A model generated the notes under the pieces. The model was not told where the DNA came from and searched no databases. It saw only the letters and a program-made list of their open reading frames with translations. Shown here piece after piece: positions 57,397-64,000 of a stretch of DNA of 64,000 nt. Position numbers and translations under genes: made by a program. The stretch's first letter is position 1. Each line of letters begins with the position of its first letter. This DNA comes from an uncultured virus (IMG/VR IMGVR_UViG_3300028833_000080) (Duplodnaviria > Heunggongvirae > Uroviricota > Caudoviricetes), in the IMG/VR virus record IMGVR_UViG_3300028833_000080. One strand, 5' to 3'.

Positions 57397-58995
57397 TTAA
57401 GATTGACTTTCTTTATTTTGTAAAGTCTTTTCTGATTTTTGATCATCGGGAAGTTCTTTTCGTCCTGCGCCGTCTGACTCTGGATTAGAAGATCCCCCAT
57501 TCCCGCGTACTCTATTAAGAATATTTTCATTCATAGTGGAACTCATAAGAGGCGGAATAAATACATTAACCAAATCAAGAACATCATTTTCAAAATAAGC
57601 ATTAGCAAGAATACTGCTTTGACTTTGTCCTAATGCAATTTGTGGTAGCATTTTAGAGAAGCCAATCTGCATTTGTTCTTTATAAAGTTTAGATAATTCT
57701 TTATAATTATAAATTGTAGTTGTTAAAAGTTGAACTCTATACTCTATCTTTTTATTTGTATTACAAGGAATTAATAATTCATTTAAAAACTCTTCAAACT
57801 GAAGTAACATATTATACATAGTTGCTTCATCATTTAAAATAGATTTTTCCAATGCAATATTACCATCGGTATTAAATTGCATTTGAGAGACTCCCGCTTC
57901 ATTGTAAACCTGTCTCTCAACTCTTTGCAAATCATCTGTTTGAGAAGATGCCTGAGAATCAGTCATATCTTTTACATCAACATCTGCAAATGTAGTAAGT
58001 ACATCAACTCCGATTGCTCTACTTAACATTTGTACTGCATTATTATGAAGTTGTTGTGCTTCATCTACATCAAATATTAACTCCCCATTTTTATCTAATG
58101 GCATTTTCTGAATAACAATCTTTAAGAGTTTCTGTAAAGTTTTCTTTTTATCTAGGTCTTGAGCTTCATCTAAATCAATTATAAGCGGTATAACTGAAAT
58201 GAAAGCTGGATATTCTTCTCCATTAACAGTAAATCTCACTGTCATTTTTGGATCTAATAAGTACCAACCATTTGTATCCCCTTGAAATTCAGGAGGTAAT
58301 TTACCCTTTTTATAAAGAATATATCCTTTTTTGAATTCATCTGGGAAAAGATCTAATATTTTTATTCTTTGAACAGTATTTTTAAACTGTTCATCAAAAT
58401 ACTTCATATTAAATTCAACCGCAGGTTTGTTTCCACAATTATATCTAGTTCTACAATAATTAGGCGGTAATTCTTGAAGAACTATACTATTATTATAAGG
58501 TATTTTATACCCATAATAAACTCCATAACGAAGAATTTTTAAAGCTATCTCACCAAAATTCTTTTTTACTCCATAAGTATCTAAAATCTTTAGACTTTTT
58601 GAAAATCCTGCTAATAATTTTTTATTATCTACATTTTCACTATTTACATATGGAGTAACCATCCAATCATATCTATACATAAAAGCCATATATCTTAAAA
58701 TGCGAGAGTAAATTCCGCTTGTCTTATAAAAGAAATCTGAAATCTCTCGCATTAAGGGGATATCTCCCGTAGAAATAGCTTTTAGGATAGTGGGTTTATC
58801 TGCTAATCGAGGATTAACTTTTTTATAATCACCTAATCTTAAAATAGCATCATCTAAAATTTTGGCTCCAACTTTAATTTTTGAAAAATCTGTTATTGGA
58901 AGACCTGTATAACCTGAAGGTTGAGATTGGTTAGTATCTATAGGATTTATCATACTAAATCCTTTTGCTTTTATATCTTCTATTCTATTTCGCAA
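57397..58995 (-). CDS. Portal protein, 532 aa
   Basis: Size and position between terminase and protease; TTG start after AAGGAGG; C-terminal GAGRK..SEKT tail. Confidence 0.8.
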   Translation of the reverse strand: MRNRIEDIKAKGFSMINPIDTNQSQPSGYTGLPITDFSKIKVGAKILDDAILRLGDYKKVNPRLADKPTILKAISTGDIPLMREISDFFYKTSGIYSRILRYMAFMYRYDWMVTPYVNSENVDNKKLLAGFSKSLKILDTYGVKKNFGEIALKILRYGVYYGYKIPYNNSIVLQELPPNYCRTRYNCGNKPAVEFNMKYFDEQFKNTVQRIKILDLFPDEFKKGYILYKKGKLPPEFQGDTNGWYLLDPKMTVRFTVNGEEYPAFISVIPLIIDLDEAQDLDKKKTLQKLLKIVIQKMPLDKNGELIFDVDEAQQLHNNAVQMLSRAIGVDVLTTFADVDVKDMTDSQASSQTDDLQRVERQVYNEAGVSQMQFNTDGNIALEKSILNDEATMYNMLLQFEEFLNELLIPCNTNKKIEYRVQLLTTTIYNYKELSKLYKEQMQIGFSKMLPQIALGQSQSSILANAYFENDVLDLVNVFIPPLMSSTMNENILNRVRGNGGSSNPESDGAGRKELPDDQKSEKTLQNKESQS

Positions 58996-59025
58996 AGAGA
59001 TACCTCCTTTTCAATCTTCCACTTT

Positions 59026-59054
59026 ATTATAACAAAAATTTAGTGAAAAGTCAA
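59026..59054 (-). promoter_or_regulatory. SigA promoter upstream of portal
   Basis: TTGACT-N17-TATAAT with extended TG; the -35 is embedded in the inverted repeat TTAGTG.AAAGT/ACTTT.CACTAA. Confidence 0.75.
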
Positions 59055-59087
59055 GTACTTTCCACTAAAAGTTTTGTTTTTATCGCG

Positions 59088-59450
59088 TTATTCCCAACCA
59101 TAAGCCGCTTTCATAATATAATCATAATCAATAAATTGTTCTTCCCAATAAGGAATAGCAATTAATGTATAACCATGAGTTAAACAATAATTTCGTTTTT
59201 TCGCATCATTATGTTTCTGTTGATATAAGCCTCTAGCTCCACCAAATTTTGATTTAGCTTCATAATGCTGAATACCTTGATATTCAATTAAAAAATCTAT
59301 ATCTCCATCATCTGTAAAAACAGCGAAATCAAAACGAAGTGGCCTTCCGCTTTCTGCGACTAGATCTGGAAAACTATATTCTTCTTGAAAAGATAGTCCC
59401 GCAGCAGTTAAAACTTCTTCAATTTTTATTTCTCCTCTACTAGACCTCAT
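59088..59450 (-). CDS. PD-(D/E)XK endonuclease, Vsr/DUF559-like, 120 aa
   Basis: SRGE..LRFDF..LIEYQGIQHY..D..K..YC..LIAIPYW. Confidence 0.8.
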   Translation of the reverse strand: MRSSRGEIKIEEVLTAAGLSFQEEYSFPDLVAESGRPLRFDFAVFTDDGDIDFLIEYQGIQHYEAKSKFGGARGLYQQKHNDAKKRNYCLTHGYTLIAIPYWEEQFIDYDYIMKAAYGWE

Positions 59451-59471
59451 AATATACTTTTCCTTCCTATC

Positions 59472-59513
59472 TATATTACATTTTACCTTAAATTTATTTA
59501 ATAATTCCCGCCC
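59472..59513 (-). promoter_or_regulatory. Phage-specific tripartite motif, site G (variant first box)
   Basis: GGGCGG-gaattat-TAA-N18-GTAATATA. Confidence 0.45.
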
Positions 59514-59520
59514 AAAATTT

Positions 59521-61013
59521 TTAAGAAAAAAACATTAATTTACTAATATCTCTACTTTTTCTTTTCTTTCTCTTTTCTTCCTCTTGTTTAATATAATATA
59601 ATCCATAAATAAAAGCTGAAAACTTATCCTTTTTAATACTTCTTGTGCTTTGCTTAAGGATAATATTCATACCTTCATTACTTTCAACAAGATTAAGAAT
59701 CTGTTCTCTTAAAATAGATGTTAATTGATATGGACGTAAATAATCATTTCTTTGGTCTGCATTAAAATTCTGTCCTTGTTTAGTACTCATAAGCTTAGTT
59801 TTAGCAGCCTGCTCATCTATTAAAAATTTCACCTTTCCGCTTGCCATTTGTGTTTGAGCATAAGAATAAGCTTCTGTATTAATAGGAGCATTTGCTTTTA
59901 TAAGATACATTGCATCTTCTTCTACCCCAATACCCTTGATTTTTTTATAAGGTGCAGTAGCCTCTTCTGATGTACCATCAGCGACACCAAAAGGAGGTAA
60001 ATCTTCTCCGCTTTCTGGATCGACTTGTGCTTTAGTCATAAAATCAATAAGACCGACGCCTAAACCATTTGCATCAATAGCAAGCATTTTTGCATGATAT
60101 TTATAGTATAGCTTTTTTAAATTAATTGCTTGTATTTCAAAATCTTCTGCATCATAGGTATATATATTAACCATTGTTTTTAAATCAGCTCCTTGAGGTT
60201 GCGGGGTTGCCTTAAGAACAACAGCCTCTGTAGTACATCCCAATCTACCTACATCAACCCCTATTACATAGTAAGCTGATTTAGATGACCTTCCGCTGAA
60301 TTCATATTCAGGTTGTAATAATACTCTATTTTTATCAAATTTTTCTGCTGAGAAAAAAGCACCTTCAACAGACCCCGTCCAAATTGAACGATATTCTCTA
60401 TCAAATGATTCTTCATTAAATGTTCCTTGTAATCTAAGTTGATCAACAAAATCTTCAGATAACAATCCTTCAGTTACAGGGGTTTCATAAGTACCGCCCA
60501 TAATCATAAAATTATCTGGATCAATAATACTTTGAACAAGAGTCTCAATTAATTTATCATAAGCGAACGAATTTTTGAATCCCGCTGTAGTAATATATAT
60601 TTGGCTCTTATTAACAACTTCCTCTACATGACGAGTGCCATCGCTTAAATATCTATCTACGTTAGTAGTAGGAATTATAACTTCATTAAGAATATCTCCA
60701 TCAATGAGAACACATTCCTCCATTAAACCGCCAGTTCTACGCTGACCTCTAGAAGATTGTCTCGCTGCAAGGATATCAATAGAAGAGCCATTTTTAAATA
60801 CATATTTAACATCATCTTTTGATTTCTTAGATACGCCTCTTGCCCAGTTAATTTCATTATTAAGTGCTGGAAGCAAAGTACAAATTTCCTCGATCTTTGC
60901 TATTGTAATACTAGCTGCTTGCTCCTTACCGCCTGTTGTAACAAATAAATGACTATTTGGATAAAGAATACATCTAAGCATAAGAGCCATCATACTTAAA
61001 AATGATTTACTAT
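59521..61013 (-). CDS. terL: Terminase large subunit, exon 2
   Basis: RGQRR..LMEE (Walker B), YITTAG, FDREY, IGVDVGR, IDANGLG and KKDKFSA. Joins exon 1 in frame as FPRA-Y-SKSFLS. Confidence 0.9.
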
Positions 61014-61222
61014 CTTGATATTCTATTAGATTCGCAAAATCTAATACGTTCTCTTATGAACTGCTATATGTTTCCATATAGAATAGACTATATCACACTC
61101 TAATTAAAGAGTCCTTCCATTTCGATTTAAGGGATTCTCACCCACCGCATAAGCTTCGGTCCTACTCCTATTGCCTTTATTTATTTATCCTCGAAGGCTA
61201 TTTCAGGATAGTCGTTGAAGTT

Positions 61223-62068
61223 TTATTCTATATATTTAAAATGAAATCCACCATGACTTTTGTTTACTCCTCGGCATACCTTAGATATTGTACTACTATC
61301 TAAATTCAACTGTCGAGCTGCTTCAGCACATGAATCAAAATAAGCAATATGTTCATCAGTCAATGTTAATTGTTCTACTTTCTTACATGAAGAATTAGTT
61401 TTAGTATTATATAATGCAGCTTTAACATTTTCACTTAAAGTAATAAGTCTTAAATTTTCTAATCTATTATCAGTTTTATTTGCATTAATATGATCTATAA
61501 CATAACCTTCAGGTATTTCATCAATTTGATGAAACAAACAATAAACCATTTTATGAACTACTATGTCTTTAGTGATTCCTTTATTGCTTAATCTAACTTT
61601 ATAATAACCACAAGTTAAAGAGGGTTTTAATAATAATAAAGTTTCATCATTTCTAACCCTTCCTAAATTTGAAACAGAATAATTATATCCTTTAATAGAT
61701 TTCCATTCTTCATTAGGTAAATCTTCTTTATAATATTCTTTTTTAGAAATAGGTTTAATTAATTTTTCTTGATGAGCATGGGTAGTATTTTCTGAATAAC
61801 TTACCCATTCTAAATTAACTATATCATTATTTAATTTGTCCCCATCTTTATGATTTACTACTGGTAGATTATTAGGGTTAGGAATGAAAGCTTCCGCCAC
61901 CAATCTATGTGCATAAAACATTTTTTTAGTATTATTTTTTGATAATCTATAATATTTATATCCATGTTCTCCAATGGAACCTTTTAAAATTTTTCCTGTT
62001 AATGTATTTAATACATCTCCATTATCATAAATAAGATAATTATCATAATCAGGTATCTGTTTTGTCAT
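61223..62068 (-). CDS. Intron-encoded homing endonuclease with two tandem NUMOD4-HNH units plus a NUMOD1-like tail
   Basis: AHRLVAEAF..NHKDGDKLNN..NLEW and VHKMVY..DHINANKTDN..NLRL; C-terminal EAARQL..ISKVCRG..GGFHFKY. Confidence 0.9.
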   Translation of the reverse strand: MTKQIPDYDNYLIYDNGDVLNTLTGKILKGSIGEHGYKYYRLSKNNTKKMFYAHRLVAEAFIPNPNNLPVVNHKDGDKLNNDIVNLEWVSYSENTTHAHQEKLIKPISKKEYYKEDLPNEEWKSIKGYNYSVSNLGRVRNDETLLLLKPSLTCGYYKVRLSNKGITKDIVVHKMVYCLFHQIDEIPEGYVIDHINANKTDNRLENLRLITLSENVKAALYNTKTNSSCKKVEQLTLTDEHIAYFDSCAEAARQLNLDSSTISKVCRGVNKSHGGFHFKYIE

Positions 62069-62151
62069 AGTGGATTCTCCTTTTTAATATATAAAATACT
62101 TACCTGCGGATTTCCTTGACGAAATAATTTTTTCCTCAAGTATCTTCTAAT

Positions 62152-62193
62152 ATTATTTCATTTTAGGATTCCCGCAATTAAAAAGGTTTGTCC
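62152..62193 (-). promoter_or_regulatory. Phage-specific tripartite motif, site H, inside the intron core upstream of the HNH ORF
   Basis: GGACAA-acctttt-TAA-ttgcgggaatcctaaaat-GAAATAAT. Confidence 0.65.
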
Positions 62194-62227
62194 AAGTTTT
62201 TTATAAAACTTTTGGCGCAATTTATTC

Positions 62228-62477
62228 ACGCTCGAGGGAAAGTTGCATAAACCACTTTATGTCGCATTACACATCTAAGAAAAATTCTTTGATAAAAATA
62301 GAAATTAAAAGTACTATCTGGCCCTTTCATAAAATCAACCAGGTAGTCAGGATACTCTCTATAAAAAGCTACAAGCTCTCTTAAATTATTTACTTGAGCT
62401 TTAAGTCTTTCTTCAGACATTCCTTGTTTAATTTCTTGGCGGGAACTAGATAAATCTAATAAATTTTGTAAACTCAT
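62228..62477 (-). CDS. terL: Terminase large subunit, exon 1
   Basis: FYREYPD..FYFYQRIFLR..YATFPRA. Spliced CDS is 250+1493=1743 nt, 580 aa. Confidence 0.88.
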
Positions 62478-63733
62478 TCTTCTTCATCTACTCCTCTCTG
62501 TTGCATTTCCAAATCTTTCTCTACATCTTGCTGTAAAGCCTCTTGGAATGCATTATAATCTTCATCTTCTAATTCAACATAATCAAGACCTTGTTCTTTT
62601 GCTTTTTGGCGGTCTCGTTTCATTTCATCAGCACTCTGTTTATTCTTTAAATATTGTTCAATTTCTTCTGCCAATGATTTATCTTCATAAATTAAAGATT
62701 TATTATATGCTTTAAGGTCATCTATTATTTTATCAATAATATCATAAGGTACTTTTATTTCATATTTGGGAATAGCTCCACCAACTTTTTCACAATAGTC
62801 AACCATCTGTCCTATTGAATCAACAAAATCCGCTTTATCTTCTTTATTCTGAGCCTCTGTAAATTTTGCAGATTTCATCATTGCATCGTATACTCTAGAT
62901 AATTTTTGATATGATTCAACATCTCCGCAATCAATTGCTTGATTCATCTTAAGACTAGTTTTGCATATCATTTTAAGAGTATCTTCACGAGCTGCTCCTT
63001 GAATATCAAAGCTATTCATAAAATCATTATATTTTTGCTCTAATATAACCCATTCATCAGCTCTATATAATCTACCCCATTTTGTTGCAAGATAAATTTT
63101 ATCTTCATCTGTTAAATCTGCACCAACATCTGGGAGATCAACCTGCTCAAAATTTCCATTAACTGGATAAACAGATCCGTTCACCTGGCTTCCCGCATTT
63201 AAAAAGTCTTCCGCACTTGTAACTTCCGCACTTGGTTTAGGAGCATTGATTTCCGCATATGTTAAATATTGAGCTTCAGTAATCTCTCCATTTTCATATG
63301 CTTGTTTCATATCTTCTATTTTTTGTTGAATTTGCTCTTCTGGTGCACCATACATTTTAGCTTGTTGTGCAGCCATTTCCGCTAACCGCTCTGTATCATT
63401 CCAAGTATAATCTTTCCATTGTTTTAATTTCATTTTAGAAAGATATTTACCAAAAACAGACATTCCATTCATTTTATAAGGATCTTTTTGATAAGCGCGA
63501 TCCCGCAATGTATTCCATTCCGCTTCTATATAAGGAACGTCATACTTTTCTAATAACCATAAAAAGGTAGAGGGGTCAAAGTTATTGACATGCATGGTTT
63601 CACAAGCTTTACACAAGTCTGAACGAGTGCCATCTTTTTGAAGATAAAATTTATCTTCAACCATTGTTTTATTACATTTAGAACAATAATGTTGAGCTTT
63701 TGGAGCTGCCATTTTAATTGGTCCTGTTGGCAT
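62474..63733 (-). CDS. Zn-finger protein upstream of terL, 419 aa (candidate terminase small subunit)
   Basis: N-terminal CSKC...CKAC; helical remainder; stop overlaps the terL start. Confidence 0.6.
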   Translation of the reverse strand: MPTGPIKMAAPKAQHYCSKCNKTMVEDKFYLQKDGTRSDLCKACETMHVNNFDPSTFLWLLEKYDVPYIEAEWNTLRDRAYQKDPYKMNGMSVFGKYLSKMKLKQWKDYTWNDTERLAEMAAQQAKMYGAPEEQIQQKIEDMKQAYENGEITEAQYLTYAEINAPKPSAEVTSAEDFLNAGSQVNGSVYPVNGNFEQVDLPDVGADLTDEDKIYLATKWGRLYRADEWVILEQKYNDFMNSFDIQGAAREDTLKMICKTSLKMNQAIDCGDVESYQKLSRVYDAMMKSAKFTEAQNKEDKADFVDSIGQMVDYCEKVGGAIPKYEIKVPYDIIDKIIDDLKAYNKSLIYEDKSLAEEIEQYLKNKQSADEMKRDRQKAKEQGLDYVELEDEDYNAFQEALQQDVEKDLEMQQRGVDEEE

Positions 63734-63735
63734 AA

Positions 63736-63999
63736 TTAACTCCTTCCTTTAGGTAATATTTTTCCTGTTTTATTATTTCTACAGTCTTTACAGATAGAAT
63801 ACCATCCATCTTTACTTGTATTATTTTTAGAAAAAAAGTAATTATGACCTAACTTAATTTGACCACATCTTGAACATTTTTTCCAATAACCTTGTTCTTC
63901 TTGGGTATAATGCCATATCAACCATTCCTTTGCGGCGGTTTCAGCAATCATTTTAGGTATTTTGTTACGCCATAAAGCACTAATATATTCAACTGAATG
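63736..63999 (-). CDS. C-terminal part of a protein running off the window: helix resembling sigma region 4.2 plus CxxC..CxxC Zn ribbon
   Basis: Frame is open to the edge: HSVEYISALWRNKIPKMIAE...KKCSRCG...SICKDCRN. Confidence 0.65.
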   Translation of the reverse strand, partial: HSVEYISALWRNKIPKMIAETAAKEWLIWHYTQEEQGYWKKCSRCGQIKLGHNYFFSKNNTSKDGWYSICKDCRNNKTGKILPKGRS

Positions 64000-64000
64000 A

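Larger units (their letters stand above)
61014..62227 (-). mobile_element. Group I self-splicing intron (1214 nt) in terL
   Basis: Exon 1 ends in U with P1 GCGU/GCGC (U-G pair). P AAUUGCGGGAA, Q AAUCCGCAG, R UCAACGACUA, S GAUAUAGUC; terminal G at 61014. Confidence 0.92.
1..64000. mobile_element. Segment of a large tailed dsDNA bacteriophage (siphovirus-like; probable anaerobic Firmicute host)
   Basis: Contiguous phage replication, packaging, head, tail and holin genes in two convergent arms. No bacterial housekeeping genes and no tail sheath gene seen. Confidence 0.95.

Noticed and set aside
1..64000. CRISPR array, tRNA or rRNA genes
   Set aside because: No regularly spaced direct repeats or cloverleaf/T-loop signatures found by eye in the few intergenic gaps. 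A tRNAscan-SE or CRISPR finder run would be decisive.
1..64000. Stop-codon reassignment
   Set aside because: Genes are full length and densely packed in the standard code. The only broken genes (nrdD, terL) are explained by inserted elements.

Overview
The window is a 64-kb segment of a large, AT-rich tailed dsDNA phage. It probably infects an anaerobic Firmicute: SigA-type TG-extended promoters, AGGAGG ribosome-binding sites, a class III ribonucleotide reductase, and gene order resembling SPbeta-like large siphophages. No host genes are visible. The + strand (1-17.0 kb) carries replication and nucleotide metabolism: DnaB helicase, primase, RecJ, RecD/Dda helicase, metallophosphoesterase, DnaE, NrdD/NrdG and dUTPase. 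The - strand (64 to 17.0 kb) carries packaging and morphogenesis: terminase, portal, protease/scaffold, decoration, capsid, neck, tail tube, a 2692-aa tape measure, tail tip proteins, holin and a receptor-binding protein. It then has a RuvC-like resolvase and a seven-gene operon of unknown function. Most notable observations: (1) nrdD is split into two separately translated halves by a free-standing HNH gene, with no intron or intein visible. (2) terL carries a 1214-nt group I intron with readable splice sites and a tandem double-HNH ORF. (3) A fixed-spacing three-part motif, GGWCAA-N7-TAA-N17-T-NAAATAWW, occurs at eight sites, one overlaid on the intron core; it is likely a phage-specific promoter, and a sigma-region-4-like/Zn-ribbon ORF at the right edge is a candidate regulator. 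(4) The seven-gene operon encodes a membrane-anchored coiled coil, a beta-rich protein and a ferritin-like protein. (5) A promoter-driven structured non-coding RNA candidate lies next to the resolvase. (6) GCGGG(A) is strongly enriched across the window. All product calls come from motif recognition by eye; no database search was run.
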